Assembly: GCA_039815375.1 (NCBI GenBank) | Contig: JBCBZJ010000001.1 | Coordinates: forward strand, 64,001 to 128,000 | DNA: 64,000 nucleotides | Reading direction: 5' to 3' | From: Verrucomicrobiota bacterium | GTDB lineage: Bacteria; Verrucomicrobiota; Verrucomicrobiia; Opitutales; Coraliomargaritaceae | Shown: positions 30,062 through 40,800 of the stretch, piece by piece | How the letters are laid out: each line of letters begins with the position of its first letter | Numbering within the stretch: position 1 is the first letter of the stretch | Position numbers and translations under genes: made by a program | The notes under the pieces: generated by a model | The model's database searches: none | What the model saw: only the letters and a program-made list of their open reading frames with translations | Told to the model about the DNA's origin: nothing

Positions 30062-32239
30062 ATGAAAACAAGAGCTTTAGATATGCCTATGCTCAACTCT
30101 CTCAAAGCGGAGCACCCGTGGAAATTGCGTCACAGCGGTGGTATTTTCCAGGCGCAGCTCGAGACGATAGAGGACCTCCGCGCGTTGGAGACGCTCGATC
30201 CAAAGCTTTGGGTCGCATTGAGCTGTCCGGTAAACGATCTCGAAATCGACACGAAGACGCTGGCCTTAATCGACTACGATGCCGATGGCCGAGTACGAAT
30301 TGAAGAGGTGCTCCAGGCAGTGCGCTGGACCTTGGCGCGCTTGGCTGAGCCTAAATCGCTCTTCGAGGGGGGTGACCTGCCGCTCGAGGCGATCCGCAGC
30401 GACGATGACGAGGGCAAGGCACTGCTCGCTTCTACAAAACAGATTCTCGCGAATACAGGCGCTCCTGAGGCGACGCATATCTCGGTGGCCCAATCAGCGA
30501 ATACGGCGAAGATCTTTGGCCAGTCGCGCTATAATGGAGATGGCGTTATTTCCAAGGATTCGGTCGAGAGCGAACCGTTGCAGCAGTTGATTCAGGAGGT
30601 CATCGATACGGTGGGGTCCTGTGCGGACCGAAGCGGCAATGAGGGCATCAACCAAGAGAAATTGAATCGCTTTTTCGACGAGCTGCAGGCTTACGTGGAT
30701 TGGTGGGCTCGGGGCGAGGCGAATTCGAATGACGAAGTCTTTCCGCTCAGCGAGTCGACACCGGTAGCATTTGGAGCGCTCACCGCGATTGAGGCGAAAG
30801 TGGACGATTTTTATGCGCGTTGCCAGCTTGCCGCTTTCGATCCCCGGGCGACCGATCCCTTGAACTGTGACGTGGCGCTCTACAAGACGATTGCCGCAAC
30901 GGACTTATCGATTCGGAACGCGGAGATTGAAGCACTGCCTCTTGCCAGAGTAGAGCCGGAGGCCGGGCTCCCCCTGCGTGGCGGTATCAACCATGAGTGG
31001 CAGAGTACCTTCGATGCCTTACTCACCAAGGTTATCGAGCCCTTGGGTCTTCGCGACGATGCAGTGCTCAGTCGCAGTAAATGGGATGAACTGAAACAGC
31101 GCTTTGCCGGCTACCGTAAGTGGCAACTTTCCAAGCCGGAGACATCGGTCGAGAAACTCGGCATTGCGCGGGCGCGCGAGCTTCTTGGCGGCGACCTCCG
31201 TCAGCAGATCGAAGCGATGCTGGCAGAAGATCTCGCACTTGCCCCTCGGATGAAATCGGTCGATGCGGTGGAGAAACTAGCGCGTTTGCATCGTGACCTG
31301 ATCTGCATCCTCAACAACTTTGTTAACTTCAACGATTTCTATTCGAAGGAAGAGAGTGCGATTTTTCAGGCGGGCACACTCTACCTCGACGGCCGCGAGT
31401 GTCGCCTTTCGCTCAAGGTGGCCGATCCGGGCAAGCACGCCGCACTTGCGGCGCTTTCGCGCGCTTTCGTGGTATACTGTAGTTGCCATCGTAAGGATAC
31501 CAAGGGGAAGTTTTATATCGCAGCTGTCTTTACTGCCGGCGACTCGGCTAATTTGATCGTTGGTCGTAACGGCGTCTTTATGGATCGGAAAGGGCTGCTT
31601 TGGGATACCACAGTGGTGCGTATCATTCAGAACCCGATCAGTATCGGTGAGGCCTTCCTGATGCCTTATGTGCGAGTGGGGCAGTTTATCGGTTCGCAAG
31701 TCGAGAAGTGGGCGGTGACACGTGATAAAGCGATCCAGAAGCAGCTCGAAACAGGCGTGCAAAACGTCGCCAGCGAGAAGGCTTCGACCGCGAAGCCCGA
31801 AAAGTCGGCCTCCTTGACTTCGCCGAGTGTCGGTGGGCTTGCCGGTATGCTCGCTGCGGGTGGGATTGCACTGGGTGCGCTTGGCGCCGGGCTGGCGTCG
31901 CTCTTTGAAACGATGAAGGCCCTGCCGCTTTGGCAGCTACCGTTGATTTTGATTAGCATCGTCCTCATGATCTCGCTGCCTTCGATGGTAATTGCGTGGT
32001 TGAAGCTCCGGAAGCGAACGCTTGCGCCGCTATTGGATGCTTCAGGCTGGGCCGTTAATGGGCGCACGCTTATCTCGCGACGGCTCGGCTCTGCGCTGAC
32101 GAAGCGTGCCAGCATTCCGGTGTCGGCACAGTGCAGCTTCGAGGAGTCCGGCCGCGTTCGAAAAGTCATTTGGCTGGTGCTCGGTCTCACTATTGTGGCC
32201 TCTCTCGCGGGTTGGTTCTGCCTTTATGCCTTCTTGTAG
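30062..32239 (+). CDS. Conserved hypothetical membrane protein with EF-hand-like loop
   Basis: DYDADGRVRIEEV loop; C-terminal TM helices; 725 aa. Confidence 0.7.
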   Translation: MKTRALDMPMLNSLKAEHPWKLRHSGGIFQAQLETIEDLRALETLDPKLWVALSCPVNDLEIDTKTLALIDYDADGRVRIEEVLQAVRWTLARLAEPKSLFEGGDLPLEAIRSDDDEGKALLASTKQILANTGAPEATHISVAQSANTAKIFGQSRYNGDGVISKDSVESEPLQQLIQEVIDTVGSCADRSGNEGINQEKLNRFFDELQAYVDWWARGEANSNDEVFPLSESTPVAFGALTAIEAKVDDFYARCQLAAFDPRATDPLNCDVALYKTIAATDLSIRNAEIEALPLARVEPEAGLPLRGGINHEWQSTFDALLTKVIEPLGLRDDAVLSRSKWDELKQRFAGYRKWQLSKPETSVEKLGIARARELLGGDLRQQIEAMLAEDLALAPRMKSVDAVEKLARLHRDLICILNNFVNFNDFYSKEESAIFQAGTLYLDGRECRLSLKVADPGKHAALAALSRAFVVYCSCHRKDTKGKFYIAAVFTAGDSANLIVGRNGVFMDRKGLLWDTTVVRIIQNPISIGEAFLMPYVRVGQFIGSQVEKWAVTRDKAIQKQLETGVQNVASEKASTAKPEKSASLTSPSVGGLAGMLAAGGIALGALGAGLASLFETMKALPLWQLPLILISIVLMISLPSMVIAWLKLRKRTLAPLLDASGWAVNGRTLISRRLGSALTKRASIPVSAQCSFEESGRVRKVIWLVLGLTIVASLAGWFCLYAFL

Positions 32240-32301
32240 AGACTCTCTGAGGGCACAATTGAGAATTGAGAGTGTGGAATTAAGCGACGAAAGTTTCTAT
32301 T

Positions 32302-32961
32302 ATGTCTGAAAGCGTTCCAGATGCGAAACAATTGAAGTGGCACCAAAGTCTGGTGCTGTCCCTGTTGGCTGCGCTGATTGGGCTGTGGTCGCGCACCCTG
32401 CGCTTCAGATGGGGGCCCGAAGTGCAGGCGGTGATCGAAGCTCCACCGTCGAACTCGGTTGTGATTCTCTGGCATAATCGGTTGTTTGCCGCGCCGGAGT
32501 TCTTCCGTAGGAATTTTGCTCAGCGGCGACTCGCTACGCTCATCAGTGCGAGTAGTGATGGAGCTTGGCTGGCGGCTTTTATGGAGAAGCTCGGGATGCT
32601 GCCGATTCGTGGTTCTCACTACAAACGCGGCGCGCAATCCGTCCGCGATATGCTGGTTGCTCACAAGCAGGGCCACGATATCGTGGTTACGCCTGACGGT
32701 TCCCGTGGTCCGATGTATGACCTTAAGCCCGGAGCGGTTGCGGTGGCGCTCAAGACGGGCGCACCCTTCGTTATGTTTTCGCTCAACTTCAGCAAGGCCT
32801 GGCGTCTGAAAAGCTGGGACCGGTTTTATTTGCCGGTGCCGTTCAGTTCAATGGAGGCGCGCCTCGAGGTGATTGAAAATCCCTCGGAGCTCGGCGAAGA
32901 TCCAAAGGTCGTTGCTCGCTTGCTCAAGCAGCGTATGGATGCCATAACGGTGGACAGATGA
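32302..32961 (+). CDS. DUF374 / lysophospholipid acyltransferase family protein
   Basis: WHNR, S.S.DG, IRGS, TPDGSRGP, SWDRF..P.PF. Confidence 0.88.
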   Translation: MSESVPDAKQLKWHQSLVLSLLAALIGLWSRTLRFRWGPEVQAVIEAPPSNSVVILWHNRLFAAPEFFRRNFAQRRLATLISASSDGAWLAAFMEKLGMLPIRGSHYKRGAQSVRDMLVAHKQGHDIVVTPDGSRGPMYDLKPGAVAVALKTGAPFVMFSLNFSKAWRLKSWDRFYLPVPFSSMEARLEVIENPSELGEDPKVVARLLKQRMDAITVDR

Positions 32962-33359
32962 AAAACGAGGACGACTCACATCTGGATGGTCTTGCCATCG
33001 GTCACTACGTAGTGGGCGGCATCGCAGCGTTCTTTGCCTGCATGCCGCTGATTCATATGGGCATCGGAATTGCCGTCTTGTCCGGAATTGAAATGGCTGA
33101 CGATACAGGTCAGCCCGCTCCAATGTGGTTCGGTTGGCTCTTTTTCTTGATCGGCTTATTTGCCTTTTTGTTTGGGCAGGCGATCTCTGTTGCGATTATT
33201 TTTTCAGGGCGTTTCCTGAAGCGGCGCAAGCACTACATGTTCTCTTTTGTGATCGCCTGCATTGCCTGCGCTTTCATGCCTTTCGGCACTGTGCTTGGGG
33301 TGCTGACGATCATCGTGCTGTCGCGGAAGTCGGTAAAGTCGCTCTACGGGCTCAGCTAG
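32958..33359 (+). CDS. Hypothetical membrane protein
   Basis: 4 TM segments, PFGTVLGV.TIIVL.R.SVK motif; overlaps the upstream stop. Confidence 0.75.
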   Translation: MKNEDDSHLDGLAIGHYVVGGIAAFFACMPLIHMGIGIAVLSGIEMADDTGQPAPMWFGWLFFLIGLFAFLFGQAISVAIIFSGRFLKRRKHYMFSFVIACIACAFMPFGTVLGVLTIIVLSRKSVKSLYGLS

Positions 33360-33536
33360 TGCCAAATTGCGGGTGTGCCAAGATTCTCCGTTTCGCTTGT
33401 CGGATCGGTTAGTTCATTGAGAAGTGCTCTGATTCTTGCGGCTAAGCTCCAGTGGATTTTACCTGAAAGGAAACGGATTGTTGCGACTTAGCCGTGCCGA
33501 CACCTTCAATCCCAACTGCGGATTGTTTAAAGAATC

Positions 33537-34802
33537 TTATTTTGGATTCTCTCTACACTGTATTCGATCATCTTCGAACTCAAGGTCGGGGATGTGGGTG
33601 AAGGCAATGCGCATCGGGGCGGCCTCACGTGACTGTTGAGCCTCCATCGCATCGGCATGGTAAATCATGCGCGTGCCGTGTTTTTTGTTTACGATGTCCA
33701 TGGCCTGTTGGAGCCGCACTCGTCGACTTTGGTTGTCAGAATCAAAGAGAGAAGGAGTGTGGGCGGCATGTGGAACCAGTTTTGAAAGAACAACAGAAAC
33801 CTTTGTTGGGTCCGGTGCATCGACAGGATGCTCTGCCCAAAGTTCGTTCAACGCGTGGGCCATCGTGACGGTGTCTTGAGTTGGAAAAAAGCTGGTCGCT
33901 GTCGACCAGCGAAGCTCATGGCCGAATTTGACGTAGATGTCGAGTTGTCCCGCGAAGTAATGGTCTTTGCGAAGACGCAAACAAGCCTTGTGGAGCATGC
34001 GGTGGAGAACGGAATGTGCAGCCCGGTGGTTGCGTAGTTGATGAGGTAGGACATGAGAGTGGCTGATAGTTTGCTTTTTTGTTTCGGGCGAGGGCAGTTC
34101 GTAGCCTTGTAGCGCATACCACATTCGGTCGCCTTCGACTGAGCCCCAGACTTGATGAAGCCTGCGTTGACCGGTTACACAAAGATCCTGCATCGACAGG
34201 ATACGTGCGGAACGGAGGCGCCGTAGCATATTCCGTCCTATTCCGGTAATATCGGAGAGCTCCATTCCATAGAGCGCCTCTGGTAGGTCTTCGCTGTTGA
34301 TTAGCACGAGGCCGTTCGGCTTTTCCATTTTGCTAGCGAGCTTAGCAATGAAGCGATTCGGCGCGATACCGATAGAAACTTTAATGTAGGGGCCGAGTTC
34401 TCTTCGAAGAACCGTTTTGACCTCCAGTGCTTTTTCGCGCGCGATTTGAGGTCGCTGCCAATGAGGCGGTAGGCGGCCATACATCTCATCAATGCTGGCG
34501 ATTTTATCGATGTAGACGATTTGATGTATGGTCTGATGGATTTTTGTAGCGACCTGTACGTAGCGGCGATGGTTGCCTTCAACGAAGTGAATTTCCGGGC
34601 AGAGGCTCCGGGCCTCGCGAACGCCGGTCCCGGTTCGGACCCCTCGAGCTTTGGCCTCATAGCTGGCCGCGATGCAGCAAGTTGTGTCAACACCGATTGA
34701 TGGAACCACTCCGACGGGTTTCCCGCGCAGCTCGGGGCGGAACTGCTGCTCGACGGAGGCAAAGAAGCTATCGAAATCGAAAAAGATATAACGGAGCGGC
34801 AT
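33537..34802 (-). CDS. Y-family DNA polymerase (DinB/UmuC-like)
   Basis: FFDFDSFFASVEQ, AASYEAK..GV, SIDE, SIGIAPN..IAKLAS; likely start MPLRY at 34802. Confidence 0.93.
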   Translation of the reverse strand: MPLRYIFFDFDSFFASVEQQFRPELRGKPVGVVPSIGVDTTCCIAASYEAKARGVRTGTGVREARSLCPEIHFVEGNHRRYVQVATKIHQTIHQIVYIDKIASIDEMYGRLPPHWQRPQIAREKALEVKTVLRRELGPYIKVSIGIAPNRFIAKLASKMEKPNGLVLINSEDLPEALYGMELSDITGIGRNMLRRLRSARILSMQDLCVTGQRRLHQVWGSVEGDRMWYALQGYELPSPETKKQTISHSHVLPHQLRNHRAAHSVLHRMLHKACLRLRKDHYFAGQLDIYVKFGHELRWSTATSFFPTQDTVTMAHALNELWAEHPVDAPDPTKVSVVLSKLVPHAAHTPSLFDSDNQSRRVRLQQAMDIVNKKHGTRMIYHADAMEAQQSREAAPMRIAFTHIPDLEFEDDRIQCRENPK

Positions 34803-34815
34803 ATTGAAAAGATGC

Positions 34816-34845
34816 CCATATAGTGAATTAATGTTCACTATATGG
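34816..34845. promoter_or_regulatory. Perfect 12-bp-arm inverted repeat, probable operator of the Y-family polymerase
   Basis: ccatatagtgaa-ttaatg-ttcactatatgg, 14-43 nt upstream of the likely start. Confidence 0.65.
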
Positions 34846-34890
34846 AATCCAAAAATGCACCACTTTTACTTTTTCCGAATATGGGCTCAA

Positions 34891-35877
34891 CTAGGCCTGA
34901 CTTTTGGTGCGCAGTGCGGCTTCGACCTCTGCGAGATCACGGGGTAATTTGCTGCTGAAGCGCTTGGTTTTTCCTGTTTCGGGATGGGTGAAACCTATAC
35001 TGGAGGCATGCAGTGCCTGGCGTTTGCAGCCATGGGGCGAACGGTGCCCGGCTTCTGCTGCTCTTTTGTAGTCCGGATGGTAGTGACGGTCGCCGAGGAG
35101 AGGCACGCCGGCGCGGGCAGCATGGATGCGCAGCTGATGCTTGAGCCCGCTTCTCAATCGCAGTCGTAGTCTGGATACGGTATGACGGTTGCCGCCGGTT
35201 GTCCACGAGATCGTGTCCAGCACTTCGTAGTCGCTGACTGCTTCGGTTGCTCCGGGAGTTGGCTTGTCGTAAACAGTTTGTTGGAGGCCTGCCTCGTCGA
35301 GTTCGAACCAACTTTTCCATTGGCCACGTGGCTCTCTCGGCAGGCCATCGCCAAGGGCAAGGTATTCTCGGATGAAACTGTGGGAGCGCACTTGTTTGAC
35401 GAGGTGCTCGCGGGCTGACTGGTTCATGGCGAAGCAAAGAAGCCCGCTGGTGTATTGGTCAAGGCGGTGGACGGGGAGCGGTTTTGCGACCTCTGATTTC
35501 GAGCCGGCCGGAGCTTGTCCTGCAAGATATTTTTCAAGAACCTTAAGTGCGGAATTTTGACTTTCTTCTGGTCCGCCGGGCACAGAGAGGAGGCCGGGGC
35601 CCTTGTTTACAATTGCGAGTGATCGGTCAATGTAGAGCAGGTTGACCTGCGCATGGATGCGAACAGGCATACGCTTTGAGAAAACACGTGTCGTAGCCTT
35701 GGCTTTGCCCATCAATAGCCGTTCTCCGGGATCGGTTAGACTAAGGTGGGGCTTCGTAATGATTTCACCATCGAGACTGACGCGCCCATTTGCGAACCAC
35801 TCCTTGAGTCGCTTCTTCGGACTGTCCGGATAGTCACGGGCCACCCATTCGAGCGCAGTTTTTTCTTCGTCGGACAT
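34891..35877 (-). CDS. RluA-family pseudouridine synthase
   Basis: S4-like N-terminus, VNKGPGLLSVP, VHRLDQYTSG, G.KHQLRIH, LGDRHY, QALHA. Confidence 0.93.
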   Translation of the reverse strand: MSDEEKTALEWVARDYPDSPKKRLKEWFANGRVSLDGEIITKPHLSLTDPGERLLMGKAKATTRVFSKRMPVRIHAQVNLLYIDRSLAIVNKGPGLLSVPGGPEESQNSALKVLEKYLAGQAPAGSKSEVAKPLPVHRLDQYTSGLLCFAMNQSAREHLVKQVRSHSFIREYLALGDGLPREPRGQWKSWFELDEAGLQQTVYDKPTPGATEAVSDYEVLDTISWTTGGNRHTVSRLRLRLRSGLKHQLRIHAARAGVPLLGDRHYHPDYKRAAEAGHRSPHGCKRQALHASSIGFTHPETGKTKRFSSKLPRDLAEVEAALRTKSQA

Positions 35878-35882
35878 AGTAT

Positions 35883-36722
35883 TTAGGAACTGGGAGATGT
35901 AGCAGACTGAAAAATGAAATCAACAACGAGCTCAAGTGGTTCCGCGCCGATACAATCTGCCGCGCGAGGATGGAGACTCGAGACCGGGTTAAAATCGAAG
36001 AAGCAGGGATTGCCATCTTTTAGCACGAAATACTCAATCGCCCCGAGTTTCATCTTGCCACGGGCTGCGATCTTTTTGGCAAGTCGGGCGATTTCGGGAT
36101 CGAGTGCCTTTTCTGGAGTAAGTGCAGAGTTGTCACCTGCATTGGCGAGGCAGTAGTCGAACTCGTTGGGAACGAGTGGCGTCGCTGCGTCGTATAGGAT
36201 TTGGTCACCGACAAATTCGATGCGATGGACCATACCATCAGCCGGTTCGATGCGCTCCTGTTCGATCCATTCGATTGAGGGATCAAGGTCGGAGGGTGCT
36301 GGTTCGTCGGGTTGCAGAATCTGTATTCCCTTCCCGAAACCACCAGCCGGCGGTTTTAAGAGAACACTTCGTCCGGGCAGGGCGCGTCCACCGGGTATGG
36401 CGACTTTTGTTGCTGGTGTGCTCACTCCGCACGATTGAAAGAGAGCGTGCTGCTCAACTTTCGAGAGCCCAATTTCGAAACAACGCGCTCCGTTGATAAC
36501 CATCTGGTTACCGGATTCCCATCTGCCAAAGGCCTGCCGGATCCTCGATAATTTTGCCTCATCGACCCGAAGTAGCTGGGTCGAAACCCGATTGACGATC
36601 AGGTCAGTGTTCGATCCGATTTCTGGATCGTCGCCGACGAGCACCTTTGCGCCCAGTGAAGTGAGAGCACGTTCAAGAGGCCGCACCCAGACTGGAATAT
36701 CAGTCAAGATAAAGACCGTCAT
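35883..36722 (-). CDS. ATP-grasp (RimK-like) protein
   Basis: SKVEQ...F, LLKP..GGFGKGI, IEQE, FFDFN. Confidence 0.75.
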   Translation of the reverse strand: MTVFILTDIPVWVRPLERALTSLGAKVLVGDDPEIGSNTDLIVNRVSTQLLRVDEAKLSRIRQAFGRWESGNQMVINGARCFEIGLSKVEQHALFQSCGVSTPATKVAIPGGRALPGRSVLLKPPAGGFGKGIQILQPDEPAPSDLDPSIEWIEQERIEPADGMVHRIEFVGDQILYDAATPLVPNEFDYCLANAGDNSALTPEKALDPEIARLAKKIAARGKMKLGAIEYFVLKDGNPCFFDFNPVSSLHPRAADCIGAEPLELVVDFIFQSATSPSS

Positions 36723-36818
36723 TCATCGAGCCCTAGATAATAGATCTTATCTATGCGAACACGAATGCTTACATCCTATGTTTGCTAAGATATAAGACGA
36801 TCTAAGCTTTCTTTATGG

Positions 36819-37844
36819 TTATGGTTCTTCAGAAACAGTCTGGAAGGTGGCGCTGGCGGGAGCATCAACTCCGTCAGAGCCGTTAGTGGTCCTGCCATAG
36901 GAGTTTACAACCATGTCCGCCTCGATACCCTTACCATCAACGCTGAAGCCATATGAGCCGACCACCATCCGGGACTCGATACCCGTGCCGGTTCCGGAGC
37001 TACTGCCACTGGAGTTGACGACAAGCCGAGTCGCATCAATGCCCTTACCGTCGCCTTCGGAGGCTCCCTCTGAGTCGGTTACAGTCAGTGCGAAAATTCC
37101 GATAGAATTGATACTGACGCCGACTGAATTCTTAACGTGGTCCACGCCAATCGCAGTTCCTATCGAATTGATAACAGTGCAGTTTTGAACGATCGATCGA
37201 GCGTTAGCATTCGTCGCAAAAATTCCAACTTGATTTGCATTGAGTTTACAATCGGTAATCAGATTTCCAGTGCTACCTGTGAACCCAAAGACACCAAGTT
37301 CGATGCCTATTTGACTGCATCCGGTGACGGATACTCGAGAAATGCTTAATCCGTCTCCTTGAAATGTAATACCTTTCGCGAATCCTTCCCCAATCAAAGT
37401 GGCTCCACTGAGGGTATATTTGGAAAAAATATGACCATTTTCGATATGCACGCTGTCTGTGCGTGCGCCTGATACGTCCGTATCGATGTTGATTCCACTA
37501 CCCGAAGCGCTTCCACTGATTCGGGAAAGCGTAAACCCGTTCATATCTAAAGTCACGTGAGATGCCGTGATGTCGATTCCGTTTCCAGAAGCCACCGACA
37601 GATCACCCACCATGTAGTAGGAACCACTCTGCGAAATGGTGAATCCGCCGTTGGATTCTTCAGTGACGCCAGGCGCTCCGTCGACGAGTGGTATACGTGC
37701 TTCGACTTGATCGAGAGTCTTCATTACAGGCCCAGGGACACCTGCTGGTGGTGTCGTTGGGTCCCCGCCCGCTTGAGCGAAAATTGTTACGGGTAGTGCG
37801 AGGAGACTGGCTCCGATGAGCAGGAGTTTGTTTTGAGCTTTCAT
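36819..37844 (-). CDS. Secreted beta-helix-like protein
   Basis: Signal peptide, PPAGVPGPVMKTLDQVEARIP, ISQSGSYY, VTLDMNGFT, Gly/Ser-rich coil repeats; ATG at 37844. Confidence 0.75.
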   Translation of the reverse strand: MKAQNKLLLIGASLLALPVTIFAQAGGDPTTPPAGVPGPVMKTLDQVEARIPLVDGAPGVTEESNGGFTISQSGSYYMVGDLSVASGNGIDITASHVTLDMNGFTLSRISGSASGSGINIDTDVSGARTDSVHIENGHIFSKYTLSGATLIGEGFAKGITFQGDGLSISRVSVTGCSQIGIELGVFGFTGSTGNLITDCKLNANQVGIFATNANARSIVQNCTVINSIGTAIGVDHVKNSVGVSINSIGIFALTVTDSEGASEGDGKGIDATRLVVNSSGSSSGTGTGIESRMVVGSYGFSVDGKGIEADMVVNSYGRTTNGSDGVDAPASATFQTVSEEP

Positions 37845-37875
37845 GTCTTTTGGTCGGATTTGATTTTCTAGAGTT

Positions 37876-40800
37876 CTATTCTGAAAGTGGAAGTTTTGTG
37901 GTAACGCGGAAGAAGCGCTTGTCGCCACCAGAAAATTTGAAGACTCGAGTCGTCGTGCCAGACTCGCCGAGAACATCGCCGAGGCCGGAGTCGCTCCATG
38001 GGTCAGCTACATCGAGTTCGGTAGCTTGCTCGATTGAGTAGATCCGGTTCGAGTCCGAGGTGAACTCCAAGGTGACTTCGGTTACTGAGCCGTTGTAACT
38101 GGTGGATATGATTTGGAGATAGCTACTCGCGTCGTTTGCATCAGTGCCACCAATGTATTCAGCTGCATCCGTTTGGGAGTCGCCGTCACTGTTTGTGCCG
38201 ACTCCAGCCGTGGTTAGATCGCCAAAGTTATCGAGCTCCCATGAGTCTGCCATGCCGTCGAGATCGACATCATCGATGCGGATCTCATCCGTGCCGAGTT
38301 GTCCCGTTCCCAGATTGATCCAGCCGATATTTGCACCCCATGCATAACCGGAGAAATCTCCTGTCAGCAAATCGACCATTGCTGCATTCGGGTCATTTGC
38401 ACCGGCCCATCCGAAATTAATCCAGCCCACGTTGCCGGACCAGGCATAGCCATAAAGCGCTCCCCCGTCGTGATTTATCCCGTGGTCGCTTCCGGTGTTT
38501 GTGTAGGTATGGCCGTTGTCTGGCAGACGCTGCCCCAGCTTAATCCAGCCAGTATTCGCATCATAAGCATAGCCCGAGACAAAAGAATCGTGAACGACAA
38601 TGCCCGTATTCGTGTTCGGCGCCAGATTGACCCATCCCGTATTGCCTGAAAAAGCATAGGGAGCATCGCTGACGGTTGATTCGGATGCGTCGAAATCAAT
38701 TTCGGTCAGGCGAATACCGGATCCATCGTGCCGGATCGTGAATACGAGCTGCGTATTGGCCGGAAATTCGTAGAAGGTGAAGCTGTGAGCCGCGTCGTCC
38801 ACGGCTGTGGTGAGGACGCCTGCGTTGAGCTCAAGGCAGGTGTGTTCGTCGGGGACAAGTCCGCCGAAGACGAATTCTTCACCGATATCAAAGCCTTCAA
38901 AGGAGAACGTTAGGTTATAGAGTTTCGCATTCTGGCTAGTGAAGGTGAAGACGGATTCACTCGGAGAGCCGATGCCGATGTCGACTACACGCGCTTCGCC
39001 GGTTCCAGAAACTTCGAAAGAACCCGTCAGGTTGATGTCGAATTCAAGGGGATCGGATTGACCAACTCCGGCATCAATCGTGCCGCTGAAATCGCGCACT
39101 CCGTCGTCATACTCACGGAAGTCCTCTAGATCGTTCTCGGCAAAGTTTGATCCGAAGTCTACGAGGACAGGGTCTGTAGAGTTTGGCACGAAGTAACTGG
39201 GTATTTCCACGTCGTTGAGGTTGATCCAGCCAAGATTACCGCTCCACGCGTAGCCGGAGAGCTCCCCGGTGCTTTGGTTGATCTGCGGGCGATTCGGGTC
39301 GGAACCACTCGCCCAGCCAAAAAAGATCCAGCCTGTGTTGGCCGACCATGCGTAGCCGCCGAGGGTGCCGCTTGAGATGTTAACGCCGTGTTCGTTGCCA
39401 TCGTTGGCGTAGGCAAATCCGTTCAGCGGTGAACCATCACCAAAGTAGATCCAGCCTGTGTTGGCACTAAACGCATAGCCTTCCAGATAGCTAAAGCCCG
39501 ATTTTACCGCGAGGCTTCTCGTTGCGGCATCAAAGTTAATCCAGCCTGTATTCCCTTCCCAAGCATAGGGTGAGCCATCGTAGGCAGGCTCGATGAGCTC
39601 GAACCCGATCTTAGTGATGCGAACGTCGGAGCCATTGCGGTTGAAAAGAATTTCTAGAGCGTTGTCTGCAGAAAGTTCTCGGAAGGTAAACGTGCCGGAA
39701 GCGTCGTCCGAGCTGGTTTGAAGCAGGTTGCCACTTCGGCTTAAGCCGGGAAAGTGGTCTGGGAATTGTCCCGGAAATTCGAAGCTTTGCCCGATGTCGA
39801 AGTCCTCATAAAAAATAGTTAGATTGTAGAGCGGGCGTCCTTGCGGAGTGAGCAGGAGGCTAACTTGTGTTTCACTGACATCCAGACCGGCACCGAGATT
39901 GAGTTCCGTGCCCATGACACTGCTTACGAATGTGGGAGAGGGTGAAGCTGCAAAATCGATGGAGACAGATTCGCCGGAGTTCGCCGGGACCGTAAGGGTC
40001 CCACCAAAAAGGCGTGTGTTTTCATCGAAGACTTGCTCCATATTGAAAAACGCATTGAAGCTGGAGTTGTAAAATGATTCGCGGAGGTCGGCTTGAGTGG
40101 TCGTGGGCAGGATGTAAGTGAGCAGCTTACCTTGAGCATATTCAGCGGCGTAGAGACGAGTGTAATCATCGTTAATTGCAAGCGAGTGCCAACGTAGTTG
40201 CTCAAGCCCGCTAACAAGCGTCGTGATGGAGTTGTCCGATGGGTCCCACATCGCAATTTCGGCCGTCTCATCCCCCGCTGAGCTGGTTCCAAAATCCGAG
40301 ATCGCAAGGTAAGCTACCTTGCGTTGATCGTCCCAAACGGCTGCCTTAATCTCGGAGATATCGGACGTCGTCGGAATCAAGGTTGCGGAATAGACGCCAC
40401 CGCTTTCTGTCAACTCAAGGAGTCCGTTTCCGTGCTCCACGAGGACGATTTTGTCGTTGGTTGCAAAGATCCCGTAAAGCCCGTCAAAACGGTTAAAGCT
40501 GAGCAGCAGAACTTCTCCCTGTGCCGTGTCGGGCGAAAAACTCAGCACGCGCTCGTTTCCGTTGAACCCGCGGTCCGTGAAAAAACCGTCTCCGGGACTT
40601 GCCAAATCACCGGCGTAATAATCAGGCACGATCAATATACCTGCGGGGTCGTCATCGCCACCGCCGGGTATATTGCTTACCCAGGTGCCACTTGATGAAC
40701 TCCCTTCAGGCACTCTGGAAATGATTCCCGGGAAATCTCGTGTGAAGAAGATATCACCGTCTTTCGGGTCATCGGTGATGCCTGCGGGCGCATCGCTCGA

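Noticed and set aside
36734..36753. tagataa-N6-ttatcta palindrome upstream of the ATP-grasp gene
   Set aside because: 7-bp AT-rich arms in an AT-rich spacer are plausible by chance.
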